Below are positions 30,341-46,633 of a stretch of 64,000 bases of DNA, piece by piece. The notes under the pieces are model-generated. The model saw only the letters and a program-made list of their open reading frames with translations. It was not told where the DNA came from and did no database searches. This DNA is from the human T2T-CHM13v2.0 reference genome, Homo sapiens. The first letter of the stretch is position 1. Each line of letters begins with the position of its first letter. A program made the position numbers and the translations under genes. Where the stretch lies: assembly GCF_009914755.1 (NCBI RefSeq), contig NC_060945.1, one strand, 5' to 3'.

Positions 30341-32972
30341 TAACGTCAATGTTTATCCCATATCATTTACAAATTTGTGATGAATCCAATTTGAGATGCT
30401 CATAAACATAAATATGAAACATAAATATAAAAACTAATACTATAAATCATATAAGAGAACAATCTTGCATCTCAGGGAGGCAAAATATTACATCTTTAGG
30501 GAGGCAAAAATATTTCAGACAAAACAAACAGAAAATGTAGCCGTAAAGGAAAAAATTATATAAATAGGGCTTCCTCAAAATAAGATTTTCTACTCATCAA
30601 GAGAAAGCATTGAAAAAAATTAAAAGGCAGGACACAGAATCAGAGGAATTATTTTTAATACATACAAATGACTTAGAAGATCTTAATAAGTAATACTATT
30701 CAGTAATAAAACGTCTAACAGCCTCTCCCCAAATAGGCATGGGTCTTGAATATCTTACAAAGGAAGATATGCAATGTCACATGAACAGGCACTGGACATC
30801 ATTATTCATTAGGAATATGCAAATATACATGACAATGACAGCCATTGCACATTCACTAGAAATTATTTAAAGAAATTTTAAAATACTGACAATACCAAAA
30901 ATTATAGATATGTAGCAACTGGAAGTCGTTTTGTTTCTTAAGAGTGTAAAATGGGGCAAACACTCCAGAGAACAGTTAATTATTTTCTTATAAAGTTTAA
31001 AATATATTTTTCTTTGACCCAGTAAGTTTTTTCTCTGTTATGTACACAAAAGAAATAATAACTGATGCCACGATAAAGATTTATTCAAAACTTATTAGAA
31101 CAGTTTTATTCTTAAAACTAAACCTTGAAACAACCCAAACAACCTTCAATAAAGGAATGGATACACGAATTGTATATATTCATACAGTGGACACTACAGT
31201 ACTCAGAATTAACAACAACAACAACAAATCAGATATTGATGTGTAACAAAATGTCTGGGCCTCTATAAAATATTATATTGAATAAAATAAAAAAGTTGAA
31301 TATCTATTCTTATTATGTTGAACAAATTTAAAAAAAATTACATGGCATAAAGTTCCATTTATATGACATTCCAATAGAGGCAAAACTAATCCATGGTTAT
31401 GAAAATAAGAATGGATTAAAGATTTGATGTGTGAATGAGATTTAAGTGGAAAGGCACGAAGGAATTTTTGAGGTGAGGAAAATGCCTGTAGCTTGAATCA
31501 GTATTGATTATATGGGTCTTTGTATTTGTCCAAAGTTATTGAATTGTAAACTTTAGATCTGTGCATTTCACAGTTTAAAAAAATTTACCTCACCAGTGAA
31601 ACTCTGTCTACCTAAAGTCTGCAGAAAGCATAACTCAAGAATTTAACATAAGGTCCCCTAATCACATGAAGGTAAGAAACAGCCATCTTTTAAACATTTA
31701 AAAAGTCAGGGGAATAAAAATCCAGGAGTTTTTTTTTTTTTTTGAATAACTATTAAACTTATGCCAGTGAAAGAAAATAAAATTAATTTTCACAAAAGTT
31801 GATATACATGACTGAGGATTAAATCTATATTGATATTGTTGAGATTAAAATACAATGCAATTTTAATAAACATTTAAAACATGGACATGGTGTCCCTAAC
31901 AATTTGTTGATAGGGGAGAGGATAATATAAAAATTAATTTTATGAATCCCACATAAGTACTTGTTAAAAACATATGCCTCTGTTCTTTTTATTTAGGAAT
32001 CACTCACAGAAAGCACACATTCTTTGTTTCTGCACTAACTCTGGAATTCAATATTAGAAGGCTCAACTGCCATGAATATAAATCAAGTTCATCTGCATCC
32101 CCTATATCAGACTAAATGTGTTTGTTTCTCAGTATTCTGCTATATTCCTTGTATTAATTTTAATAGAATCAAAACTGAGATATGGAAGAGGATGTTATAT
32201 ATTGAACACCTTTTCTTCCACCTAGCATACCCAATATTTGCCGCATGGGCCAGAAATATAAGAATTAGAAATGCGTCTTTATTTGGGGTCCTTACTTCAC
32301 TCACAATTCTAGATAGTCTTTTAGTTATGACAAAGTCTAAGAATTTTATTTTTAAATAAATTATTATCATATTTTTCTGTTACCATTTTTTGGTTGGTTT
32401 TCCATGCAGTTTGTGCCTACTTCCAGGAGGAAGACACCTACACACATTTACTCTTCTCTACTTTCTTTACAAATTTGAATATGAAAAAGAGAGCCAGGAA
32501 TTGCCAAAAGCTGGTTACTCCAAGACCCTAGGCATTCTGTCAAAATCTAACTTGGATGATCATGTAAAATACTCATCATTTTATTAATATCAGTATGTTC
32601 ATTCAAATGGTAACAAGATTTTCACTTGATTTCTAAATCACTGATCTTAAGTGAAAAATATCAAAATAGAGGACTTCACAAATATTATTGTTTAGAACAT
32701 CCTCACTTTAAACAATCAAAAGTTATTTTTAATGTTGAATCAATCATACTCTGACCTTCTCCATAGGAAAGGAAAATGTAAATATCCCAGACAGCAGAGA
32801 GCAAACTGTCATAAAAATAAAACTGTACTTTCAAATAGCTGTAGTCCACAGCACAGCTCTAACCCAAATTGTCATTTCAGCTGCTTCACATTATTAGAAA
32901 ATACTTACCTTCTAGCTTTGAACATGAAAGAAAAGTACTCTTAGTCTATCAGCTTCCCTAACTAGGAGATTC

Positions 32973-33420
32973 ATGTATTTGTTGGGGTCATATAAAGAAA
33001 CTGATAGTGCAATTTAATAAGGATAATGCAGAGAGGGTTTGGAGATTCTTTGCAAAGCTGTTGAAGGGATGAGAAAGAACACAAGAGACTGCAGTAACCT
33101 TTGGTTAGAGTGATTTTTATCACCCCTAGTTTGAAAGGGCCAGTGGCAAAGCAAGTTTACTAACTTTAGGATAAAGTAGACTCATCAGGAAAAGAGCAAC
33201 CACCTAAGCTTAAGGGACAAAGCCAATCACCCGTGGGAAGCCAGTGTTAAAAATACTTGATCTTGCTCTCTGCTTTCCTGAGAATACAAATCATTCACTT
33301 TAACTCATTGAATTCACTCAGCAGTCAGAAGAAAAGGAAGCCTCTTGTTGGAATTCATACTAAGAAGATCAGAAAGTGTAGTGGAAAAGAGAGGACTAGA
33401 ACTGCAGGTGCAAGTAGAAG
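32973..33420. mobile_element. Ancient LTR-like fragment, family uncertain
   Basis: Purine-rich stretch with tatcacccctagtttgaaagggccagtgg resembling old ERVL/Gypsy-type LTRs. Confidence 0.35.
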
Positions 33421-34399
33421 TCGGTGTCCAAAAAGAAGTGTATTTGTATTGTTCATTTGACCTCATTTATTTTAGTATGCAAGCGTGTGCTTAAAAATAT
33501 TTCAGCCTTCTTTTTACTATATATGCAACTCATCATCATTTATTGAGAGATTATATATCCATCATTACTTCAATGATCTCATTTTTAGCTTTCCTCTTCT
33601 TTATTAATGGATGCAGTAACTTCTGGCATTCCCCTGAGAATATTAATTCTACTTATTTGGAAGTACTCTTTTTATTGCTCTCTGCTGTCTTTCTTTTGTA
33701 TTTTATACATCTTTCATTTGCTTTATGTTATTTTAAATCTTACCCTATGCACTTACAATGATGGCACTTCTCTGAATGACTGTTGATTTTCTTCCTTTCT
33801 TTCTTTTTTTCATGTTGTCTACATTTTTTTTTCAAGGTGAGTTTCTGCTAGACTGTTATTACTGAGCAATCCTTTGGTGGAGAAGGAGGTTCATGCTGCT
33901 ACAGGCCACAATTTGCCTCATTTGCAGTCAGATCAGGCTTTTTGTCAGAGAGAGGACATGCCCATTAGGCAATATGTATTCAGATATTTCCAACTGATCG
34001 CTGCCTTTTCTTTCTGATTCAAATTCCCATTCTCAATATATTTACCTAATGTATGCCTCCCTTTTGCCTTTTTAAGCAAGACTAAAAAATCAATACCCTT
34101 GAAAAAAATTGATTAATTTGGCTAACTTAAATTTAAAGTCTTCACTTCTAGCAAAATAGTTTTACTACATGTTTTTTACTATGAGAAAATATGTAAACTA
34201 TGTATACCAAAGCAAATCTATAAATAATTTAGAAAAATAAAAATATTTCGATAGAAAAGTGGGAAAATGTAAAAATAGGTACTTACTGGAAGAATCAAGA
34301 GATTAGTTCTAAAGACCTTAATTATTTGTTTAAACTAATTTAATTAAAATTTTAAAAATAATTAAATTTTTCAATAATCAAGTAAAACAAATTAAACTT

Positions 34400-35050
34400 A
34401 AACAATAGAACCTTTTATTTTGAGATGCAAAAGCATGAATCAAAGACATCTGTAAAGCTTAAATGTATTCAGATTGTAAAGCTAACCCATGTAAACCAAA
34501 CTAGGCCAGGAATTAGACTATATTAGTGCCCCAGACTCCCCCAAGTGTCCCTTCCTAAAAGAAGCTCCTCTCACCCTAAGTTTTATGTATAATTTTTTTG
34601 CTGTGCTTCAAAAAGGTATAGCATGTATGCATCTCTGAACAACATACCTTAGTTTTTTTTGGCCTGCTTTGATAATTACTATGAAATCCTCTTTCTGTAT
34701 TATTTTGTGCCACACTCCTTTTGTTCAACATATGTTTATGAGTGACAGCCCTGTTGTTGCAAGCGGTTGTAATTTATTTATTTTCACTGCTCTATAATAT
34801 TTGATTGTTTATATAGATGAGAATTTTCTATTTTATTCCTTATATACATTTGTGTTATTTTAAAGTTTGGGTGCTTAGGAGCAAAGTCAATATGAAAATA
34901 CTTGGACATATGCTCTCAGAATTATATGCATAAGTTTATCTACAACATATAACTATCCAAGGAATTTTAGGAGCAAACATATGTGGATACTTATTTAATC
35001 ACAGACTAACTTTTTTTCAAATCAGTTGTATCAATTTATACTTCTTCCTG
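34400..35050 (-). mobile_element. Ancient L1ME-type 3' fragment
   Basis: cttttgttcaacatatgtttatgagtgacagccctgttgttgc...atttattattttcactgctctataatatt. Confidence 0.55.
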
Positions 35051-36296
35051 TGGTACCTAAGATTTCATAAAATTATACTTTCAATCCATGGGTTTAGCAA
35101 AATAATTCAAAGTTTAATAATATCAAATTGACATCTATAATTTAAGACCACTTTAGATGAAAATTTTTGATATCTATTAAATTTTACAATGTGAATAACT
35201 TATAAGCACAATTTTCCTTAACTCATCATCTGTCTTACGAAATACTAACATATGTGCAATAAAATGCAATAGGATGTCAATTACAGCTTTTTAAAAATAG
35301 TCAAAAGCCCATTAAATAGATTAAATGTCCACCAATAGAGAAATGGCTAAGTAAATATGACATATCTAAGAGTTAAAGAAATGATAAAGATTAACATGTG
35401 TTGAATCACTAAGATTTCCAATACATATTAAATTGAAAAATAAAAACACATTATTGTGGTTAAAAATACACAAAGTATTAGATTATCAAATCAGACTCAC
35501 ATGCATCGGAGATCTTATGCAAACTTAACTAATAATTTTATGGATAAAAATTATTGTGAGGTACAGGTGGAGCAAGGTAAGGTCAGATAGCACTGTGAGA
35601 ATCCCTGGGTCCTTTCCTCCCACATCAGATATGCTTTGAACAAGGATAATAGATGATGATTCTGAGTAAGATGTGCGGTCATCTCACTTACACAGAGGAG
35701 ATATTTAGATCACAAAATATCTCATTTTGTCTTTAGATGGTCCAGGAAACTATGCCCCATGAGTCAAAGAGATTTAGGTTTTATTATAAACAACCCTAGA
35801 AAAGAAATCACAGCACATACATTCTTCTAAAAGCATTCTGTAGGTAAGATATTCCTCCCTGGAAACTTCTTAGTTTGTTTGCCAAGAGGTTAGCCAGTTA
35901 TATGGTTACCAAAAAACCTGCCTTCTTTGTCTCCAGCATGTTTCTTATTAAAGAGAATGAATGAATTGCAGAACTATTGTTTGCAGATTTACTTTTAAAT
36001 GGTTTATCAGTAAAATATGTGAGAATACATTTTTAAAATGAACTTATGTGATTGCTTTGGAAAATGTCTGGAAATACGCAAACCACACTGATAATAATGG
36101 CCTTCTGGGGGTGAACCAACACACAATAGATTTACTGGTAATCGTTTGATTTTTTCAAAAGTACTACATTCCTGTATAATTTGCATGATTAAAATGTATT
36201 TAATATAATTTCCACCCGTGATAATTTTCTTGTGTATAAATAGGACATTGCTCTTGCTATTAGCAGCTATATACTGTAATATTTCTAGTTGAACCA

Positions 36297-36625
36297 CAGG
36301 GTTTAGCAGACTTCAGCCCATATACTGAACCTGTCCTATTGCCTGTTTTTGTACAACCTGCAGCTAAGAATGTTTTTATATTTTTTGAATAATACAAAAA
36401 TATCAACAGAAGAATAATAGTCCGTAACACAAAATTAACAAAATTTAACATTTGTGTCTATGAATAAAGTTGATAATATTGTAGCCACAGCCATTTGTCT
36501 GCATATTGTCTACTTTCTTGTTACAACAGGGTTTAGCAGTTGTGGCAGAGACTTCTACAATGTTCCCAAAGCCTAAAATATTTACTGTCTTACCCTTTAT
36601 AGAAATAAATACTTTGCTGACACTG
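36297..36625 (-). mobile_element. MER58B (hAT-Charlie)
   Basis: cagggtttagcagac...gcctgtttttgtac...gctaagaatgttttta...caaagcctaaaatatttactgtcttaccctttatagaaa...tttgctgacactg. Confidence 0.85.
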
Positions 36626-36787
36626 TGACTCATAATAATGTTTGCAACTACTTTTTGAATAAGCTCAGAAGTTTACAGACACACACTCCTAAAATATTTG
36701 TTATATTGCTCTTTATGGAAATAATTTGCTTATCCCTGTGAATTATAGTGATGTATACAACTGATTTTTGAATAAGTTAAAAAATTT

Positions 36788-37110
<323 letters not shown>

Positions 37111-37678
37111 TTATGGATTGAGTTGCATGTATTTGAATATTAGTTTTGTTATTCTTGCAACTTATTAGGGGGTTTGACACTTTTTCTAAATTACAATTGG
37201 GTGAAATTTTTGCAATTGATAAATTGCTAGATAACATAATCTAGCTCATATTATATGATAACTTTAGATGTTAAATCAGTAATAAACCTTATGAAGATCT
37301 ATGTTTCTAGGAAACAATTACTTCAACAAGAAGGGAAAGTAAAGACAGAAGGTAAAACAAAATATAAGACGAAATAAAATAAAGATGGGAATTGAATGCC
37401 ATAGAAGTGTGGAAGTTGGAAGGAAAGTTTCTAAAATTATTTGGATAAAAAGGAAGCCATATATTTTACTGAATCTTCTAGATGGGTTTTAATTCTGTAT
37501 CCTTTCATACTCATGTACTATGCCTTTTTTTCAACTTTTCATTCCACTTGTACTTCCTAACTTATGATGAATTTACCTATATAGAGTCCTTTTATCATTT
37601 AGACTAAAATTGTATTTATTTGAAGGTAAGAACGGTCATATACTTCTTAGTTGTTTTCAGAATTGAAAACATGGTTGA

Positions 37679-37993
<315 letters not shown>

Positions 37994-40509
37994 TCAATAT
38001 CCATGTGATAAATTGAGTTAGAAAGCCAATGAGAGCTTAGCTAATATAAAGGTGATGGAATTCACTATCAAAACTTTTCAGAGACTTAGAAAAAATATGG
38101 AAAATTAGTGAAAATGTAACAGAATGAGGCTTGAAATCAAGATAATTAAACTGCAAACTTTAAGAAGGCAGGAAAGATATCCTTTACTTAGTTTGTCTTG
38201 TCCAACTAATGGTTAGTTGAATGCCATGCACATAACGCATCCCTCTGAGTACTTATTGAATAAATGTAGAATGTCATTCTGGAATAAATTGAGGCAAGAA
38301 ACTAGAGGGATAGCAGTGTGAAAAGTGAGATTAATTTATTTGGTATAGAGTCAGTAAATTTAAGTGGGCCATTTGAAACAACAAGCTTAAAAGAAAACCA
38401 AATAAGCATTTTCAATGCATAGAAATGCAACCATTTTTCTCCTTCTGTACTTTATCCATTCAAACATTGCTTGAAAAAAAATATAACTTTCAGTCTTGCT
38501 TTTTTATCTCCACCAAACTCAGATAATTTTGGTCATTGATGACCTAAGCTAATTCCTATTTTAGAATGCTACGGACGAACGAATCTCAAAACTTCTTTTA
38601 ACCAACTTATTTTATTCCATTTCCTAAGGAATAGAAATTTTTTACCTCCAACCAGGGGAGCTATGAAACAAACTCCCTATTTATTTCCAATCTAAACACA
38701 TTTGATAAAACAGGCAGAGGAATTTTTTATCAGATCTGTATTTTAAATTTTCATGACTGTTGTTCAAGAGTTTCCATTCTTCTTCATAAATATGTAGAGG
38801 CTTAAAATTCTTTTCTGAAAAATAAACTGCTATTTTAAATGATTTTAACTCATATTTATAATACCTTTTTTTATTCTCTGATGATCTCTTGCTGTTTTTC
38901 TTTCTCTAGAAATGTTCTAAGAATAAATTAGCTGTTATACTAAGAAAGGTTCACAAAATGAGTCCTTCACCTATACAGCACCTCTTCTAAATAACAGAGA
39001 GATTACAAATCCAATGTATTTAAACTCTGAGATGTCTATATGTGTAGTGTTAAAAAATGTAGCTGTCAGTTTTAACAGCTTTTCCCCTGAGATTTCAGTG
39101 GCTAGCTAATGATCTCTTTTAAGGATTAGGACAATTTCTAGATAGTGAAATGGCAGGAAAACATATCAAATACATATTTTTCCATTATACTATTCTGAGG
39201 ACTGTAAAGTCTTACTCAATGTATATCACTTTTAATTTTTAGGATACATAGAAATATTTGCTAGTAGAAATAAATGGCAGCTGTTTACTTGAAGATGGTT
39301 TAGAAAGATGCTTTTCTCTTTTAATTTGAATTGCTACTGTAAATGTCATCACATGTATTTCAGTATTGTCTATGCCAACTTTGTACCTGAAAAACAGTAT
39401 TATGAATTGGGCATTATATTCCATCTTCATAAATTAAAAAAGAAACATAATAACTAGCGAAGTGGAATGAGGAAGGTGTGGGGAGACACAGAATTTTTCA
39501 AAAGTAGTAACAAATTCAAGCATGTATTAGCTTAATATATCATAACTTAAATGATTTAAATTAGGTATATGTTTATACCAATAAGTTTTAAATTCTTAAT
39601 TCTAACCTCATCAAGTACCAACAAAGAATGCCCTTCCATATTAATACACTTTGGGAATTAAGATAAAGTATATGTAATTAAATCATCAAACTCCTTTTGT
39701 TGTTTAGCAGGTAGTTTGATATAATAAGAGAAATTGTGTTCTCATTATATATTTGTCACAATGAATGAATGTAAAACCTTAATCAGGCTATCTGACTTCT
39801 TTTAGTGACATTACCCTTTTTGCAACCAACACATCAAATTAGTAATATTTATCCTACAAAAATAATGTGAAGATAAATGAGATAACATATATAATAGTCA
39901 CAAATACTTATTGAATAAAGCTGTTTTTATTTATATATTTCTATGTACTTACTAGATATGTTCTTATTAAATATTTTATTATGGTATATGTCAAGTCTTT
40001 TACTTCTTTTTTTATACTTAGTATATTATAGAACTCATCTTCCAATAAAATTGTAATACAATTTTCTTGATTTACTAATCCTAGGTGAAAAAAATATATA
40101 TATATATATGTTGTCTTCTGTTTGAATTATGCTTAGTGGATGGCATTTTCAATAATCTCTCTGATTCTTCCTTTTCCTGTTTAAACTACTCTCATTCTCA
40201 TTGTGGCCTAGAGTTCTTTTTCCCTAATATTGCCTTCAGAAGGCTAAGTTTCTAATATAATAACAATTTGAGTCTTTACCACTTCTCTCTAGAATCGTGA
40301 TTTAGACTAGGTTATTAGAGTAAACAATATGATTCCAAATTTTTTCTTTTTTTTAATGGGCTAGCATCCAAAAAGCTTAAGAATTCTTGGGGGAAATGAC
40401 ATAATTAAGCTAGATTATTTTAATTTAAATTCAGAATTAAAAATCATTTTCAATAGCTTCTTTGTCTTAATTTAACAAGCTTTTGTTGAACATTGATTAT
40501 ATTTTGAAT

Positions 40510-41005
40510 TCTATTTTTTCTTTTATTTTTAGTTGGCACATAATTATACGTATTTATGGGATACAGAGTGATATTTTGATACATGTATACAATATGAAAT
40601 AATCTAATCAGAGTAATTAGCATATCTATCACCTTGTACATTTGTCATTTCCTTGTGATGTGAATATTCAGAATTCTGTCTGGTACGTTTTTAAAAAAAT
40701 TCACTAAATTATTGTTAACTTAATTCACCCTACAGTGCTACAGAACAGTAGAGCTATTCCTCCCTTCTAGCTACAACTTTGTTACAAAGTTAACTTTGCT
40801 TACCAACCTCTTTCCATCCTCTTCTTATTCCCATCCTTTCCAGCCTCTGATAACTACAATTCTACTTGTTACTTTTATAAGTTCATTTTTACCTCCCACA
40901 TATAAGTGAGAACATGTGGTTTTTCTCTCTCTGTGCCTGTCTTATTTCACTTAACGTAATGTCCTCCAGGCTCATCCACGTTGTAACTAATAACATGATT
41001 TCAAT
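40510..41005 (-). mobile_element. L1MA-type 3' end
   Basis: atttatgggatacagagtgatattttgatacatgtatacaat...cccacatataagtgagaacatg...cttatttcacttaacgtaatgtcctccaggctcatcca. Confidence 0.85.
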
Positions 41006-41369
41006 TCATTACAAAACTTAAAAGGATACTCAACAGTGCCAAACATTCTATTTTAGTTTCCCAATGCATTCACTCCCACAGCATTCATAACAATAACCTT
41101 CTACAAAGTTACCACGTCTTATGCTAAATTGACAAGATCTCCCAATATTAAGTAAATTCTGTCCTTAGCTCTCCCTCTCATTTTAGTATTATCATTCTCA
41201 TTAATGAATAATTCCCTTTTTGTTAAAAGTTTACATTGACCTACCGTTGTCCTTCAGTTATCAACTTACTTTGTATTCTTTCTTTGAAAGAAATCAATCA
41301 AACAATAGACAGTCTCCTTCAATATTTCCTGTACTGTCTTCAACCCACTTAGCTGAGTACTTTCTTTTT

Positions 41370-42450
41370 TCTCTACTTACTCACTTTTTCCCGAGTGTTC
41401 TCAAGCATTTTCATGGGTTTAAAGGCCAGTTACATGATAGCATCTCAGAATATTTCCCATTTTGGTATCTTCTCTGAGGTAGAGCTTTGCATAGTCATCT
41501 ACTTACTTAATATCAAATGTGGATTGTTTTATAGACAACTGAAATTCATAATGTTTTAAGTAGAGTTTTGTTATTTTCTCTGCTTCCCAGTTTGTGTGTG
41601 TATGTTTGTTTGTTTACTTCAGCTGGTGTTCCCATTGATTTTATCTTATCTAATACACCAAAACCCTATCAGTAGCTGTTTTCTTCAAACTTGCACATAT
41701 CTTAAATATGTATTTCATTATTTTGAACAAGGTCTCCACCTTCTTGTCCTTTCACTTTAATAGTTTTCTAATTCATTTCCTTGTGTTTATTCTTGTCCCA
41801 GTAAAAATTATTCTTGGTTTAAGAGGCAGAGATATATATGTATTATAAACACAGGGAAACAAATTAGATATAAACCAATTATTATAAACCAATGTAATAA
41901 TAATAATATATATTACATTTTTTTCTTTTTTATTTCTTCTTTTTCTTTTTTATTTTTTGTAATGTAAGCAAGATTCTTTCCCTCCTTTGCCTTAAATCCT
42001 TTAGTTACTTGTGGAGTACAATTACAAATCTCCAGGATGCTAAAGCTCTGCTCTGCTGTCTACAATCAAAGGCACCATTCAAGACCCTCACTCCTAACGA
42101 GACAGGGCTCTTTCCACTCTTGAAACACAGTTTTTCCCCATGTCAGGGTTTTGCACAAGGTAACAACTTGTCTTTGAAGCTTCATAGTTTGGCTTGTTAA
42201 TCAAATGGTTCCTTTTCCATATTTAAGTCATCACTTTACATTTCATTTTCTTGGAGAGGTCTTCGCATGACTCCAAGCTATCACCAGTTATGTGCTATCG
42301 TAGAACATGGTTTATCCAGAAATAGTGATAACTTTCATCACTATTGATCATTCTTTGGTTTTCTTTACATTTATTTTATATCTTAAACACTGTAATATAA
42401 AAGACCTCAGGGATGGACCATGAATTTTATATTTAGCACAATACTTCAGA
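41370..42450 (+). mobile_element. L2 fragments
   Basis: tcatgggtttaaa...ctacttacttaatatc...atagacaactgaaattcataatg; ttttcttggagaggtcttc. Confidence 0.5.
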
Positions 42451-42746
42451 AGATCCATACTATCCTTTTTCTTTTTTATTCATTTTATTTTAAAATTTTC
42501 ATTTTGAACTACTTTAAAGCTTACAAAAATATATTTTAAAAAATCAAGAGTTCCTATATATTCTTCACCCAGCTTCTTGACTGCTAACACCAATCTAAGA
42601 GTACAGTTACTCACATTAGGAAATTGATATGGAATTAGTTACTTACCTACATATTTTGTTCATGGTTCCACTAATGTTTTTTAACTAGGATCAAAATCAG
42701 GGTCACACATTGCATTTATCTGCTACATTTCTTTAGTCTTCTTTAT

Positions 42747-43038
<292 letters not shown>

Positions 43039-43892
43039 TTAAAAAAGAAAATTCAGCTTTTCTTTTTGTCTTTCATGCCCTTGATACTTGTTTTTTGTAG
43101 ATTATTCTGAAGTTTGATTTTTTTCTAATATTTCTTCATGGTTAAATTCACATAATATATTTTGGCAAGAATGCCACAATGCCGAGGTTGTCCTTCTCAG
43201 TGCATCATATCAGGAGGCACATGATATCATCGTGTCCTAATACTGTTGACATTAACTCTGATCACTTGAATAAGATATTGTCTGCCACATTTCTCCACTT
43301 CAAAGTTACCATTTTTAAAATCAGTATTTTGTTGAGAGATACTTGGAGATTATGTAAATATCTTGTTTCTCATAATTGTATCCACTAATTTTAGCAGACT
43401 TGTCTGCAACAATTATATGGTATTTGCCAAGAAATGAGAATCTATTTCCACTATTCTTTCTATATTTATTGATTAGAATTCTACTGTATGGAAAAGCTTT
43501 CCTTTGTCCCACTTTTCTTATTTATCCAATTATTTATTTATATTAGTGTGGATTCATGTGTATTTGGTTTAATTAATCTGAATAATCTATTGCCATCATT
43601 ATTTATTCCCTTGCTCAATTTATCTCAGTTTGTGTCACTGAGAGCCACTTCTAGTTAGCTCCTATGTTCTTTGGCATGTCTCCATCATTAGTTGAGACTT
43701 CCTTATTTTCTTAACAACAACAGATGTCTCAGACCCATTTTGTTCTTTCTGCCGCATGCACCTAGAATCAGGCATTGATCCAAGCAGCTCTGTATCCTTT
43801 TAACGAAGAAAAAAGTGAATCCAAGATTTGAATGCTAGATGTGCTGATTGCTATTAAAATGTTATTGCTTCTAGTCTTAGTGGTTAAAATTA

Positions 43893-44225
<333 letters not shown>

Positions 44226-44452
44226 TCACACACAAACATGTGCATCTAGGTCTATTTATATATCTACACATTCTTTTCAATTTCTATCTAATGTAGAAAA
44301 AAAGTAAACTTAAGTATATATTGATAGTTTTGATTCTGATTGAACACCATAAGTGTTATTCTAGTCTCCACTCCCCTTCATTTCTAAATTCTTTTTCTAA
44401 AACAGAATCACTTAGTTTTGTTTTAGTTAATATACTTAATATAATCATTTGC

Positions 44453-44600
44453 TTTTTATTTTTATTTTTTTAAATTTCAACTTTTAGATTTGAGGATATA
44501 TGTGAGGGTTTGTTACAGAGTATACTGCATGATGCTGAGGTTTGGGGTATGACTGAACCCATCATCCAGGTAGTGAGCATAGAACCCAAGAGGTATTTTC
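44453..44600 (-). mobile_element. Short L1PA13-16 3' end
   Basis: tttcaacttttagattt...catgatgctgaggtttggggtatg...catccaggtagtgagcatag. Confidence 0.8.
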
Positions 44601-46476
44601 TATGGCACTTTACACATTCTAGAAAACTGGTTGTTAATTAGCACAAGCACCTATAATAGTGCCTGATATATTTAATACTCAAAATATATGTTAAATTAAA
44701 AACAAATGTATAAATTAATGGTTGACTATCATAATAATTACTCAAAATGTAACATAATTCCAAAGGAGAAAACTTTTTTCTAAAAAGGCTCTCTCAATTG
44801 CTCTTTCTGATTTATTATTTTCCCCAAATCTGTAGTTGCTTCATTATTGTTTGGAATTTTGCATTAGTTGTCAACAAACAAAAAATATGGATCATACCAC
44901 AGCTCTTTCATTGCTTTCATTTCTTGAGATATATGAATGTATGTGATATCTTTGATGTCCTGTATTTTATCTTTATTGCTTTTTGTTACTTAAGAACATC
45001 TAGAAAAGAAGATAAATATTAATCATGTCAGAAATTATCAAAGGTTGATTACAATAAAAATTTCTCTAATGTGATAACCACTCAAAAACTTCCTTCTTCA
45101 TCAAAACACAGTATTTTTTAAAAAATAGAGTGCTTCATTTTTATTTCACAGAAAATAATCAAATGATAGCCATAATATTATGAACTAGAGTCACATAGGC
45201 TATTCTAATAATACTTTTTGTGAAAGAAGTATTGAGGAGGTCTTAGGACCAAAGAATATTTGTTTAATAGTGTCAGAATTCATTTTAACACCATAAAAAG
45301 GATATGTATTTGTTCAATTTCACTCACTGCACAAAGAATTAGATAAAAGAAGATTTTCAGTAATAGCATTCATTTTGAGTCTTACCAATCCTTTCAGTTT
45401 TGGTATAACAAAAAGGCTATTAGCTTTTACTCTGTTGTGTTGAATTTTGATGATTTCTGACAGTCTTCACTGAGATGCTCAAAGAGATGAGACTTGCCAG
45501 TCTAATAACTTAAGATCTCATTAAATTTACCAGCAACATAAAAGCTATTTCTGCCTCTTAACTTTTTGATGTGTTGCCTTTTTCTAATCCTCTTCTCAGG
45601 ACCTATTTGAAAGACAATAAAAATTTTGTTTTTGTGTGTTGAAAGATTTCTCCATTATCAAGAGAGTAGTCAGTTCTTAACTTTAGAATGATTGTATATA
45701 TAGATATGAAAAATAAGGAAACAATTATTAAGAAAACTAATCAAATTTTGTACTAACATTTAGTAATTTTAACAAAATTATTGTGCATTGTATTTTGCAG
45801 CATTTATGCAGAGGATATACTAACCTGTTTAAATTTTTAGACACAAATAGTAGAAAATAGAACATCATCATTTTCAGGAGCAAGGAAGTAACCTGTGAAA
45901 AAGTGAATGCCTTTCTTCAAATAATATGCTAATGAAAGGCTGAGATATTAATGTCCAAATATTATAAAACGTTCATTTTAATATAATGTTTTACTTTATA
46001 TTTATATTGTATTGTATAACAAAGAAATGTGAGTCTTCTTACACCTGAGAACTTGAACTGGCAATCTACATATTGTTGTTGAAACAATTTTAAATTAAAC
46101 ATACAATGAGAGGGAAAAATGATTCTGTTGCCTCAATTTTAAAAGGAATATTTTGAAGAAATAATTTTCCATATAATAGCTTGTTATGATCTTGCCTTTT
46201 AGCCTCCCTGGATAAAGAAATGCATACTTATAATAATTGAAGGAAGACAATTTTCCTTGTTTTCTGCAAATTAGAAATATATTAGGCTATTAAATACATA
46301 ATTCAAAATATACAGAATAAAGGTATTATAGAACCTAAGAATTATATAAAGAATTATATACATAAAGTAATGAATACATATACAAATAGTATAAAAATAC
46401 TAAAAATAGTATTTGCTTATTGATTAATTACTATGGGTATTATATAACTCTTAGTTTCTACATTGCCTTTCTATTC

Positions 46477-46633
46477 TTAGTTATTATAATAGGTATATTA
46501 TAATTACTAATACGTATAAACTACTTATAGTTTATATGAATGTGTTATATGTACATGTATATTATAATAACTAATACCTATAAACTATTTACAATTATAC
46601 ATATTATAATAACTAATAAATATAAACTACTTA
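46477..46633. repeat. AT-rich degenerate direct and inverted repeats
   Basis: atattataat(a/t)actaata..tataaacta at 46495, 46559 and 46601, with adjacent inverted copies. Confidence 0.7.

Larger units (their letters stand above)
28560..31590 (+). mobile_element. Ancient L1M ORF2-3'UTR fragments hosting Tigger4a and a FLAM
   Basis: Decayed ORF2 motifs (cttaggaataaag, accaatcttggaaaagaa, aaatactgacaataccaaa) and L1MC/ME-type 3' end (gttccatttatatgacattcc, ctttagatctgtgcatttcac). Confidence 0.65.

Noticed and set aside
36296-36539. 14-bp direct repeat acagggtttagcag
   Set aside because: Both copies lie within MER58B at positions that already resemble this motif; chance convergence.
46495-46633. 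CRISPR-like repeat-spacer pattern
   Set aside because: Three low-complexity AT repeats with very unequal spacers in a eukaryotic context.
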